Below are positions 39,865-50,330 of a stretch of DNA of 55,925 nt, one piece after another. Positions within the stretch are counted from its first letter, which is position 1. Each line of letters begins with the position of its first letter. The stretch comes from an uncultured Synechococcaceae cyanobacterium. GTDB taxonomy: Bacteria; Cyanobacteriota; Cyanobacteriia; PCC-6307; Cyanobiaceae. The stretch is taken from positions 1 to 55,925 of the forward strand of contig CAIZNP010000028.1 in the NCBI GenBank assembly GCA_903934375.1. Direction: 5' to 3'. Made by a program: the position numbers and the translations under genes. The notes under the pieces were generated by a model. That model was not told the DNA's origin. It searched no databases and saw only the letters and a list, made by a program, of their open reading frames with translations.

Positions 39865-39878
39865 GCAGCGGTTGCTAC
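39865..39878 (-). promoter_or_regulatory. Putative NtcA-like box upstream of the ATP-grasp operon
   Basis: Minus strand GTAGCAACCGCTGC, 13/14 identical to the cynS box GTAGCAACGGCTGC; GAGGAT lies 22 nt downstream; 69 nt before the ATG. Confidence 0.6.
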
Positions 39879-39981
39879 AGGATGCCGCCCCCGCCGGGAC
39901 TGGGCAGAACCGGCGGGCATCTGCAGAATGAAGTCTGATCGGGCGATCTCCCGGAGGTCCGTGCAGCACAATGGCCATCAG

Positions 39982-40125
39982 ATCAACGGATCGATCAACG
40001 GATCGATCAACGGATCGATCAACGGATCGATCAACGGATCGATCAACGGATCGATCAACGGATCGATCAACGGATCGATGAACGGATCGATGAACGGATC
40101 CATGAACGGACCGATCGGCGGTTCA
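39982..40125 (+). repeat. 12-bp tandem repeat ATCAACGGATCG, 8 perfect plus 4 degenerate copies
   Basis: Reads INGS x8, MNGS x2, MNGP, IGGS in frame with the downstream PilZ ORF. Confidence 0.97.
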
Positions 40126-40599
40126 ATGAACAAGCCCCAGTCGCCTGACGACAATGTTGCTGTCAGACGCCAGCACGATTCAGATTTTCTGGAGGGACCA
40201 GAGGATGTTGCCTGGAACGGTTGCGAACAACGCCGCCTAGAGCGCTATCCCGTGGCCGGCAGCCGGCCAATCGCCCTGCGCCCACTCGACTCTGATGGGC
40301 AGCCGGCTGGGCCCTGGATCCTCGCCGACATTCTCGACATCAGCGTGGCAGGCCTCTGCCTGCTGATAACCGGCTCGCTTGACTTGCAGCCAAGCCAGAA
40401 GTTGGAGCTGGATCTGCGCTCCCATCCAAACTTCCCTTGGCATCAGGTGGCCGTGCAGGCTCGCTGGTGGGTCAGTGCTGAAAGCTTTTCAACCCTTGGC
40501 CTTTGTTTCGATCAGCCGCTGACGGCGATTCCCCGGCTGGCGATGGAGCGGCGCGGTCAGCGCCGAGATCTCAATCAGGCTCATTGGGCAACGATTTAG
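40126..40599 (+). CDS. PilZ domain protein
   Basis: QRRLER (RxxxR) and DISVAG (DxSxxG). Start could lie further upstream, within or before the repeat. Confidence 0.8.
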   Translation: MNKPQSPDDNVAVRRQHDSDFLEGPEDVAWNGCEQRRLERYPVAGSRPIALRPLDSDGQPAGPWILADILDISVAGLCLLITGSLDLQPSQKLELDLRSHPNFPWHQVAVQARWWVSAESFSTLGLCFDQPLTAIPRLAMERRGQRRDLNQAHWATI

Positions 40600-40886
40600 C
40601 GCTGGCCTGCGCCACCGGAATAGTGTGCTTAACAACAAGCAAGCTTGTATTCGGCGGGACATGCAATCATGGTTGTGAGACAACTGAATCGGTTGTGGAG
40701 TCATATTATTTTTACCCCTGCTCCAGTTGCCCAATCCAGCTCAATAGCCCAATCCAGGGCTGCTCCAGCCTTCATGCTGAATCCACCTAGGAGCAGCTTC
40801 GGAACGTATCTGCCTGACCACAACCACCTCGATGGGCTGGCACCTGTCCCCATGCCGCATTCGATGCTGCAACGACGCTCGACTTG

Positions 40887-41279
40887 ATGTCTCAGCATGC
40901 CCGTCGGCTTCATGTGCGTTCTCCTGTGGAGGCCTGTCGTCCGATCGGTGTGCAGCTGATTAACGATGACGATTCACCAGCCTGCGCCTGGACTTTTGCA
41001 GACATCCTCGATATCAGTCACGGGGGGTTCTGCCTGCTGATCACCGAACAACCTGATCTCCCGATCACGACGTTGATGCGTCTGAGGCTTGATCTGCGCC
41101 CGCACCCGGGATTCGGTGAGGATTTATTGCATGGGCAGCTGCGCTGGTTCGTGAACTCCGGGTTCGTGCTCGCCTTCGGCGTGGATTTAGATGCTCAACT
41201 TTCTGCCATACCGTCGCTGCTGCCCTGTCGCCGCTCCTCCCGCCGGGAGCTGGACTCGGTTGCTGATCTCCTTGGCTGA
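40887..41279 (+). CDS. PilZ domain protein (paralog)
   Basis: RLHVR (RxxxR), ADILDISHGG (DxSxxG); shares RPI, ADILDIS, LDLR.HP.F with the preceding gene. Confidence 0.8.
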   Translation: MSQHARRLHVRSPVEACRPIGVQLINDDDSPACAWTFADILDISHGGFCLLITEQPDLPITTLMRLRLDLRPHPGFGEDLLHGQLRWFVNSGFVLAFGVDLDAQLSAIPSLLPCRRSSRRELDSVADLLG

Positions 41280-41330
41280 GCTCCTGGTTCTCAGCAACGG
41301 GATCGCAGCTGCTGTTCCGCAGCAACACCT

Positions 41331-43043
<1,713 letters not shown>

Positions 43044-43047
43044 GGCG

Positions 43048-43365
43048 TTACTCGAGGGGGCCGTTCACCAGGCCGTTGAAGCCGAACACGCGGCGGGCTC
43101 CGGCGAAGGGCACCAGCTGCACCTCGCGGCTGTCGCCGGGTTCGAAGCGGATCGCCGTACCGGCGGGAATGTCGAGCCGCTGGCCCCTGGTGGCCTCCCG
43201 GTCGAACGCCAGCGCCTCGTTGGCCTCGAAGAAGTGGAAGTGGGAGCCCACCTGCACCGGACGGTCGCCGCGGTTGGCCACCAGCACGGTGGTGACCGGC
43301 CGGCCGGCATTGAGCTCCAGCTCGCCGGGTTCGGGAATCAGTTCGCCGGGGATCAGGGGAGGCAT
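43048..43365 (-). CDS. ureB: Urease subunit beta
   Basis: [38 protein letters not shown]. Confidence 0.97.
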   Translation of the reverse strand: MPPLIPGELIPEPGELELNAGRPVTTVLVANRGDRPVQVGSHFHFFEANEALAFDREATRGQRLDIPAGTAIRFEPGDSREVQLVPFAGARRVFGFNGLVNGPLE

Positions 43366-43369
43366 GGGG

Positions 43370-43672
43370 TCAGCGGATCGGCTCATGCAGGGTGACGAGC
43401 TTGGTGCCATCGGTGAAGACCGCTTCGATCTGCACCTCGGGCACCAGCTCCGGCACCCCCTCCATCACCTGCTCACGGCAGAGCCAGGTTGTGCCCTCGG
43501 CCATGAGTTCGGCCACGCTCTTGCCGTCCCGGGCCCCTTCCAGCACGAGAAAGCTGAGCCAGGCCACCGCCTCCGGATGGTTCAGCTTCAGGCCGCGGTT
43601 CAGCCGCCGCTCCGCCAGCAGGGCGGCGGTGACGATCAGCAGCTTGTCCTTTTCCTGAGGCGTGAGGTGCAT
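43370..43672 (-). CDS. ureA: Urease subunit gamma
   Basis: [11 protein letters not shown]...GLKLNHPEA...[17 protein letters not shown]. Confidence 0.97.
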   Translation of the reverse strand: MHLTPQEKDKLLIVTAALLAERRLNRGLKLNHPEAVAWLSFLVLEGARDGKSVAELMAEGTTWLCREQVMEGVPELVPEVQIEAVFTDGTKLVTLHEPIR

Positions 43673-43708
43673 CGTTCCACTCTGGCAGGGGTGGTGGCAT
43701 CGGCCGGT

Positions 43709-44641
43709 TCAGGGCGAACCGGGCAGCGCGGTTGCTGGGGCCGGCAAGGCGAAGGGCTGTTCCTGGAAGGGCCACACCCGCGGCAGTTCCGGAGGCGCCA
43801 GTCCGCGCAACGCGCGGCTGCGGCGCCAGATGCGGCTGAACCAGTGGCGGGCCGCCTGGCTGGAGGGGCCGCGGTAGCGGGCCACGAGCCCCTGCTCAAG
43901 GGCGCCACAGGCCATCTCCCCCTCCAACCCAAGCCGGTCGGCACGGCAGCCCGCCAGCAGCTGCTCCAGCTCCCCGCTTGCCAGTGGCCGCGGCGCCACC
44001 CACACCAGCGAGCCGAACACCGGCTCACCCGCCAGGCCATGGCTGCTGGTGAGACTTTCGCCCCCCAGCGCGAGCCGATCCACCAGCTCCCAGCGGCCGC
44101 TGCGGCGGATCTCCAGGCGGGAGCGCCAGCGCCCCGCTGCCAGCGTTTCCCCCGCGGCCGTGCGCCCCAGCCGCACCACCTCGATCCCCAGAAAGCTGGC
44201 ACCGGCCTCCAGGTCCACCCGGGCCTGCTGCTCGAACAGCCCATCGGCATAGAGCACCAGCTCCTGCGGCAGCCACTCCAGATCACTGCCGGCTGCCAGC
44301 CGCAGGCTGAGCGTTTGTTGCGCCCAGGCGCCGGCGGGGCTGCGGCGGGAGCGCGCCACGGTGCCGTACACCTTCTGGGCGGCGACGCTGGTGAGCAGGG
44401 CACGGCTGCCGGGCTCCAGTTCGGCCGTGATCCGCAGCTCATCGCCCCCCACCAGACCGCCGGCCGTATGCAGAAGCGGCAGCTCGCAATGGCCACTGCT
44501 CTGCCGGAAGGCCCGCTGCAGCTTCAGAGGGGAGCTGGCACTGCCCTGATGGCCGGTGTGGTCGCCCCGCCGCAGGAAGCGCAGCCGCGCTTCAGCGCAC
44601 CACGGTTGCGGGGTGGCGTTGTCGGAGCCTGGCTGCGTCAT
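43709..44641 (-). CDS. ureD: Urease accessory protein UreD
   Basis: PLKLQRAF, LHTAGGLVGGD, TSVAAQKVY, LEWLPQE, LGRTAAGE, PRVWP. Confidence 0.93.
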   Translation of the reverse strand: MTQPGSDNATPQPWCAEARLRFLRRGDHTGHQGSASSPLKLQRAFRQSSGHCELPLLHTAGGLVGGDELRITAELEPGSRALLTSVAAQKVYGTVARSRRSPAGAWAQQTLSLRLAAGSDLEWLPQELVLYADGLFEQQARVDLEAGASFLGIEVVRLGRTAAGETLAAGRWRSRLEIRRSGRWELVDRLALGGESLTSSHGLAGEPVFGSLVWVAPRPLASGELEQLLAGCRADRLGLEGEMACGALEQGLVARYRGPSSQAARHWFSRIWRRSRALRGLAPPELPRVWPFQEQPFALPAPATALPGSP

Positions 44642-44761
44642 GGTGGCGCTCACTGGGGGAAGTTTGCTCCGGCAATGCCGGGCGATCCTGGCGCCGCAGG
44701 CACACTGGGTGGAGCGTGCGAGCGGCGAGGCTGCAGCGGCCGTGGAAGGAGGCCTGATCTG

Positions 44762-45298
44762 ATGGAGCGTCCCTTGCAACAGCAGGCCGACGTGCCTGCG
44801 CTTCTGCTGGTGCAGCGTCTGCCGGCGCTCCCGTCGGGTCAGTCACCGCCTGTCCTGCGTCTGTCTCTCACGGCCGATCAGCGCACCGGCCTTCGGGGCC
44901 ATCGCCGCAGCGCCTGCGGCCGTGATCTCTTGCTGCAGCTGCCTCGTGGCGAGGCTCTCCAGCCCGGGGAACGGCTCGCTGCTGCGGACGGTCATGAGCT
45001 GGTGCTGGTGGAGGCGGCACCGGAGCCGGTGATGCGTGTGCGCGCAGGAGATCCCTTGGCGCTGCTGCAGGCGGCTTACCACCTCGGTAACCGCCATGTG
45101 GCGATGGAGCTGCACCCCCATGAGCTGGTGCTGCTGCAGGACAGCGTCCTGGCCAGCCTGCTGCGCCAGCGGGGACTCAGCGTGGAATGCCTCGAAGCTT
45201 GCTTCCAACCGGAAGCCGGTGCCTACGCCGGGCTCGGCCACGGTCATGGCCAGGGTCATGGCCACAGACATTCTCATGACCACGGAGCGCGGCCTTGA
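44762..45298 (+). CDS. ureE: Urease accessory protein UreE
   Basis: LQLPRGEALQPG, AAPEPV, AAYHLGNRH, FQPEAGAY and a His-rich tail; AGGAGG RBS upstream. Confidence 0.93.
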   Translation: MERPLQQQADVPALLLVQRLPALPSGQSPPVLRLSLTADQRTGLRGHRRSACGRDLLLQLPRGEALQPGERLAAADGHELVLVEAAPEPVMRVRAGDPLALLQAAYHLGNRHVAMELHPHELVLLQDSVLASLLRQRGLSVECLEACFQPEAGAYAGLGHGHGQGHGHRHSHDHGARP

Positions 45299-46068
45299 GC
45301 GATTCGGCGCGGCTGCGGCTGTTCCAGCTGGTGAGCCCCGCTCTGCCGGTGGGGGCCTTCAGCTACTCCGAAGGACTGGAGGTGCTCGTGCAGGCTGGCC
45401 GCCTAACCGCTGTCGAGCCTTTGGAGGCCTGGCTGCGGGCCGAGCTGCTGGGTGGCGCGATCACGCTTGAGGTCGCGGCCCTGGCACCGTTGCAGGCGCT
45501 GCTGCAAAGGCCGCCCGAGGGCATGGGCGAGGAGGACACGGAGGACTCAGAGGACTCAGAGGACTCGGAGGACGGTGGGGCTGAGCGGGCCCGGCAGGGC
45601 TGGAGCGCACTCACGGATCTTGATGGCTGGCTGCTGGCGCAGCGCGAGGCGCCGGAGCTGCGGGCCCAGCAGCGCCAGATGGGTCTGTCGCTGCTGCTGC
45701 TGCTGGCGGATCTGGGCTGGCCGCTGCCGGCGGCGGGGGGCGCTGGGCCCTCAACCACGGCGACGCTCACCCTGGCCTGGCCCGCCGCCTTCGCCTGGGC
45801 CGCCTGCTGCCTGGGGCTCGGCTCTCCCGCCATTGAGGAGGCCTACCTCTACGGCTGGGTTGCCAATCAGATCAGTGCCGCCGTGCGGCTGGTGCCGCTT
45901 GGCCCCACCCAGGGGCAGCGCTTGCAGCTGGCGCTGGCGCCGCTGATCGCCGAGCGGGCTCACACCCTCGCCGCCGCTGACCCCCGCACCCTCTGGAGCA
46001 GCGGGGTGGGGGCCTCGCTGGCTCAGCTGCAGCATGCCGAGCTCTACTCACGCCTGTTCCGCAGCTGA
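45295..46068 (+). CDS. ureF: Urease accessory protein UreF
   Basis: LVSPALPVGAFSYSEGLE, ELRAQQRQMG, AAVRLVPLGPTQGQ, YSRLFRS C-terminus. Confidence 0.95.
   Translation: MSDSARLRLFQLVSPALPVGAFSYSEGLEVLVQAGRLTAVEPLEAWLRAELLGGAITLEVAALAPLQALLQRPPEGMGEEDTEDSEDSEDSEDGGAERARQGWSALTDLDGWLLAQREAPELRAQQRQMGLSLLLLLADLGWPLPAAGGAGPSTTATLTLAWPAAFAWAACCLGLGSPAIEEAYLYGWVANQISAAVRLVPLGPTQGQRLQLALAPLIAERAHTLAAADPRTLWSSGVGASLAQLQHAELYSRLFRS
45532..45573 (+). repeat. 9-bp tandem repeat GAGGAC(ACG/TCA/TCG) inside ureF
   Basis: Encodes EDT-EDS-EDS-EDS-ED. Confidence 0.85.
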
Positions 46069-46126
46069 CTGCGCGCCATGGCCTTCTGGGCCGGCATCGC
46101 CACAATGCGGCGATCCGCCCAAGCCG

Positions 46127-47011
46127 ATGCTCTCGATCTGGATTGGCGCCATGGATCAGGGGCTGGCCTACGCCGGCCTGGCCCTCGGCGTGTACATCAC
46201 CCTGCGGGTGCTCAACTTCGCCGACATCACGGTGGACGGCTCCTTCGCTCTCGGTGGCGGCAGTGCCGCGCTGCTGCTCAGCGAGCAGGTGGCCGCGCCT
46301 CTGGCGCTGCTGGCGGCCGTGGCCCTCGGCGCCCTGGCCGGCACGGTCACCGGTCTGATTCACACCCGCCTGGGGGTGAACGATCTGTTCGCCGGCATCC
46401 TCACCACCACCGGCCTTTACTCGATCACCCTGCGGCTGATGGGTCGCTCCAATATCCCGCTCACCGACCTGAAGCTTTCGGTGAGCAACTTGCCCCAGCT
46501 CGGTTTCGCCGACGACGGCCAGTGGCTGATCGCTCTGCTGGTTGTGGTCCTTGGTCTGATCGGTCTGCTGGCCCTCTGGCTCGCCACTGATATGGGCCTG
46601 GCCCTGCGGGCCATCGGCAATAACCCGGTCATGGCCCGCGCTAACGGGATCAGCACCCGTCGGGGTCTCACCCTCGGCATTGCCGCTGGCAATGGCCTGG
46701 TTGCTCTCGCTGGGGCCCTGGTGGCCATGTATCAGGGCTTCGCCGACGTGACCATGGGCATCGGCTCCCTGATCCTCGGCCTGGGGGCGGTGATCGTCGG
46801 CGAGTCGGTGCTGCGGCCCCGCAGTGTGCCGATGGCCCTGCTGGCGGTGGTGCTGGGCTCGGTGCTGTTCCGGGCCATGATCGCCTTGGCCCTGCAGCTG
46901 GGCATGGAACCGGTGGATCTCAAGCTGGCCACCGCGCTGCTGCTGTTGGCGGCCCTCGGGTTGGGTCGCCTGCGCCTTCCCGGAGTCAGCGATCCGGGAG
47001 GCCGATCATGA
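46127..47011 (+). CDS. ABC transporter permease (COG4120-like)
   Basis: ALGVYITLRVLNFADITVDGSF, LYSITLRLMG, GLALRAIGNN, QGFADVTMGIG. Confidence 0.9.
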   Translation: MLSIWIGAMDQGLAYAGLALGVYITLRVLNFADITVDGSFALGGGSAALLLSEQVAAPLALLAAVALGALAGTVTGLIHTRLGVNDLFAGILTTTGLYSITLRLMGRSNIPLTDLKLSVSNLPQLGFADDGQWLIALLVVVLGLIGLLALWLATDMGLALRAIGNNPVMARANGISTRRGLTLGIAAGNGLVALAGALVAMYQGFADVTMGIGSLILGLGAVIVGESVLRPRSVPMALLAVVLGSVLFRAMIALALQLGMEPVDLKLATALLLLAALGLGRLRLPGVSDPGGRS

Positions 47012-47832
47012 GCCTCAGCATCAGCGAGCTGAGCTGGGGCCACCCCGTGCCTGGCGCCAGCTGGCGCCAGCTCTTTCAAGGTTTCAACCTCCACTGCCCT
47101 TCGGGCCAGTTCGTCGTCGTGATCGGCAGCAACGGCTCTGGTAAGTCGACGTTGCTCAACCTGATCGCGGGTGCCTTGCGGGCCGGCGGCGGTTCAGTGC
47201 AGCTGGAGGGGCGGGAGTTGCTCGGATGGCCGGATTATCGCCGCGCCCGTCTCCTCGGTCGGGTCATGCAGAACCCGCTCGATGGCACCGCTCCCAACCT
47301 CACCATCGCTGAGAACCTGCGCCTTGCCGAATGCCGTCGCAGCAGCGTGTTCAGTCGTCGCGGTCTGATCGGCGGTCTGCATCCCAGCCGTGGCGATCGG
47401 CGCCGCTATGCCGCTCTGCTGGAGGAGCTGGGGCTTCCCCTCGCCGATCGCCTCGACACGCGCGTGGGCCAGCTCTCCGGTGGTCAGCGCCAGACGGTGA
47501 GCCTGGTGATGGCCAGCCTTGGCCAGCCGAGGTTGCTGCTGCTCGATGAGCACACCGCCGCCCTGGATCCCCGCGCTGAGGCCACCGTGATGGCGCTCAC
47601 TGATCAGCTGGTGCAGCGCCTCGGCACCACGACCCTGATGGTGACCCACAGCCTCGAGCAGGCCCTGCGCCATGGCGATCGGCTGGTGATGCTGCAGGAG
47701 GGGCGCCTGATCGGCGACTGGAGCGCTGCCGAGCGGCAACGGTTCACACCGGCGGCGTTGCGGGCTCTCTACGGCAGCGGCACAGTGCCACTGGATCCCA
47801 CCGTGCCCCCACCGTCTGCGGAAACACCATGA
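47008..47832 (+). CDS. ABC transporter ATP-binding protein (COG1101-like)
   Basis: GSNGSGKST, QNPLDGTAP, LSGGQRQ, LLLDEHTAALDP, MVTHS. Confidence 0.92.
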   Translation: MSLSISELSWGHPVPGASWRQLFQGFNLHCPSGQFVVVIGSNGSGKSTLLNLIAGALRAGGGSVQLEGRELLGWPDYRRARLLGRVMQNPLDGTAPNLTIAENLRLAECRRSSVFSRRGLIGGLHPSRGDRRRYAALLEELGLPLADRLDTRVGQLSGGQRQTVSLVMASLGQPRLLLLDEHTAALDPRAEATVMALTDQLVQRLGTTTLMVTHSLEQALRHGDRLVMLQEGRLIGDWSAAERQRFTPAALRALYGSGTVPLDPTVPPPSAETP

Positions 47833-48842
47833 GCCTGCGGCGTCGTGAGTTCATCGCCCTGGCCGGAGCCGGACTGGGCAGTTCGTTGCTGCTGGCGGCC
47901 TGTGGCCGGCTGGGAGGCAGCAGGCCCCGCAAGGGGCCAGTGATCGGCATGTTGCAGATGGTGGATGCGCCGCCGCCGAACCTCACCCGCCAGGGCTTCG
48001 AGGAAGCCCTGGCCGCCGCCGGATACCGGGATGGCGAGACCGTCACCTTCCTCCAGAAGGACGCCGCCGGCGAACTGCCCAACACCACTCTGGTGATGCA
48101 GCAGTTCGCCGGCGAGAAGGTGGACATGGTGCTGGCGGTGGGCACCCCGCCGCTGCAGGCGGCCATGAAGGTGATGCCGGAATCGGTGCCGGTGGTGTTC
48201 TGCTACTGCTCCAATCCCTGGGGAGCCGGTGCCGGCAAGCCTCCCGGTGGTGTGGGTCAGCACCGGCCCAACGTGGTGGGCACCATCGGCACCAACCCGG
48301 TGGGGGAGGAGCTGGATCTGGCGAAGGAGGTGAACCCGGCGATCAGGCGCGTTGGCCTGATTTACAACCCCGGCGAGCCCAACTCCGACTATGAGGCCGG
48401 CATCCTGCGCAAGGAAGCCGCCAAGAGGGGGCTGACGATCGAGGCCCAGTCGGTGGCGAACTCCGGTGAGGTGCTACAGGCGGCGCAGGCCCTGGCCGAG
48501 AAGAAGGTGGAGGCGTTCGTGAAGATCGGCGATTACGCCACGATTCAGGCCTTCAACGCCATCTGCAAAGTGGGCCTGGAGAACAGGATCCCGGTGTACT
48601 CAGTGGATCCGCCGGATATCGAACTGCCGGGTTGCCTGGCGGTGATCGGCTGGAACTACCGCGACGACGGCATGGCCGCCGGCAATCTCGCCGTGCGCGT
48701 GCTCAAGGGCGAATCCCCGGCGACGATGGCCTTCGAACCGCTCACCAAGACCGATCTGCTGGTGAGCCGGGCCACGGCCAATGCCATCGGTGTGACGCTG
48801 CCTGAGGCGCTGCTCACGCGAGTCGACAAGGTGGTGAGCTGA
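47829..48842 (+). CDS. ABC transporter substrate-binding lipoprotein (COG2984-like)
   Basis: RRREFI Tat motif and LAAC lipobox; AVGTPP, VGLIYNPGEPNS, GNLAVRVLKGE. Confidence 0.88.
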   Translation: MSLRRREFIALAGAGLGSSLLLAACGRLGGSRPRKGPVIGMLQMVDAPPPNLTRQGFEEALAAAGYRDGETVTFLQKDAAGELPNTTLVMQQFAGEKVDMVLAVGTPPLQAAMKVMPESVPVVFCYCSNPWGAGAGKPPGGVGQHRPNVVGTIGTNPVGEELDLAKEVNPAIRRVGLIYNPGEPNSDYEAGILRKEAAKRGLTIEAQSVANSGEVLQAAQALAEKKVEAFVKIGDYATIQAFNAICKVGLENRIPVYSVDPPDIELPGCLAVIGWNYRDDGMAAGNLAVRVLKGESPATMAFEPLTKTDLLVSRATANAIGVTLPEALLTRVDKVVS

Positions 48843-48860
48843 GGCTCTGGAGGCAGGGCT

Positions 48861-49701
48861 TCAGCGGCCGATGGGCGGTTGGGACTCCGATGCAGGGGCT
48901 GCGCCCTCCGGGCCCTGCCCTGCCTGCGGCGCCGTTGGTGCTGCCGGCTCCAGCAGCTGAAGCAGCCAGCTGCGCTGGATGTCTCTCAGCAGGCCATCGC
49001 TGCTGCGCACCAGGGCGCGCACATCCTGCAGGGTGGTTTCCAGGGAGCTGAGGCTCTGTTCGATGCTGTCGCTGACACGACTGATCCTTGTCTGCAGGAG
49101 GCCTGAACCGGCCGTGGCCTCGCTCTGCAGGACGCCGGCGAGCCGTTCGCCACTCCCGAGGGTCCGATCCAGCTGGTTGAGCGACCGGGGCAGGCGCTGG
49201 TCGATCAGGTTCACTACGACCGATCAGGTTCTGGAGGGGCTGGCGCGAGGCCGCCACCTCACGGATCAGGGTGCTCAGATCGGGACTGGCGTTGTACTGC
49301 AGGGTGTCGCCTGGTTTCAGCGCCTGCCGGGGTCCGTGATTCTGGAGGTCCGGGCTGATGGCGATGTACGCCTTGCCCAGCAGTCCTTCCTGGGCCAGGG
49401 TCGCCCGACTGCGGCGGCCGATCAGCCCTTCGCGACTGGCCGCGATCGTGAGGCTGACCTGAACCCGTGCGTCGTTCAGCAGTTGGATCCGATCCACCTG
49501 ACCAACGGGATACCCGGAGATCTTCACCGCCATGCCCGGTTGCAGGCCCCCCGCACTGTCGGTGCGGAATCGGAGCTCAAGAGTGCGCGTCCACCAGTTG
49601 CGCGGTGCGCCCATTCCGAGCACCAGCAGCCCGAGCAGGGCGGCACTGCCGGCCAGCAGGGTGCCGTGCTCCAGACCAACCCGCCTGCGGCGCCCCGGCA
49701 T
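48861..49701 (-). pseudogene. MlaD/MCE family protein with frameshift (pseudogene or sequence error)
   Basis: TM anchor plus MCE motif AGGLQPGMAVKISGYPVGQV...EGLLGKAYIAISP. The helical C-terminus (NLIDQRLPRSLNQLDRTL...RSWLLQLL) continues in another frame from about 49214. Confidence 0.75.
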
Positions 49702-49703
49702 GC

Positions 49704-50330
49704 TCAGTCCACCACCCCGGTGAGGCTGGGGTCGAGGGCAAGGGCCCAGGCCAGATCAAGCCCGAGCACCACCGCGATCGACACGCTGATCGCTCGCGAC
49801 AACGCGGCGATGGCTGGGAGGTTCTGCCGGCGGGTGCGGGCCCCCTGGTCCAGGGTGATCCCGAGGATCAGGGCGGAGAACAGGGCGGTCTTCAGCAGAG
49901 CCAGCACCAGCAGGCTGGGGGTGAGATTGCCCGCCAGAAACTTCAGCTCCGCCAGGCTGTTCATCTGAGGTTTGGTCAGCATGGCCGCCACCAGTGCCGC
50001 CGCCAGCAGGTAGGGAACCAGCCCCATGGCGGTGATGCTCACCGCCGGTGCCTGCTGCAACCACAGCCGCAGCAGCAGCGGCGCAGGTCGCCGTGCCAGG
50101 CGGGCCCCCAGGGCGACCAGCCGGGGCCACTGGCGCAGCACCATCAGCAGGCTCACCAGCAGGGGCGCCGCCAGCGCGCTGATCTGGATCGCGAGGGCCT
50201 GAACGCTGAGGGTGGACATCTCCTCCAGCGGCCCCGCCATCAGTTGGATGAAGCCCATGCTGAGGGCGGACCCGGTCAGCAGGGTCAGGCCGACGATGCC
50301 GAAGTCGAGCCGGCCGGACCCTGCCGCCAT
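49704..50330 (-). CDS. MlaE-like ABC permease
   Basis: Hydrophobic 208-aa ORF with [32 protein letters not shown], resembling MlaE; adjacent to the mlaD-like gene. Confidence 0.7.
   Translation of the reverse strand: MAAGSGRLDFGIVGLTLLTGSALSMGFIQLMAGPLEEMSTLSVQALAIQISALAAPLLVSLLMVLRQWPRLVALGARLARRPAPLLLRLWLQQAPAVSITAMGLVPYLLAAALVAAMLTKPQMNSLAELKFLAGNLTPSLLVLALLKTALFSALILGITLDQGARTRRQNLPAIAALSRAISVSIAVVLGLDLAWALALDPSLTGVVD

Noticed and set aside
39982-40125. Possible CRISPR array
   Set aside because: Head-to-tail 12-bp units with no spacers, and no cas genes in the window.
40489-40913. Short ORFs in the AT-richer spacer between the PilZ genes
   Set aside because: No motifs, atypical codon usage and mutually overlapping; more likely promoter/intergenic DNA.
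43076-45298. 740-aa ORF suggesting a giant UreE fusion; likewise long N-terminal extensions on the DsbA, cobA, narB and cynS ORFs
   Set aside because: The extensions overlap real genes on other frames or strands; true starts are internal.
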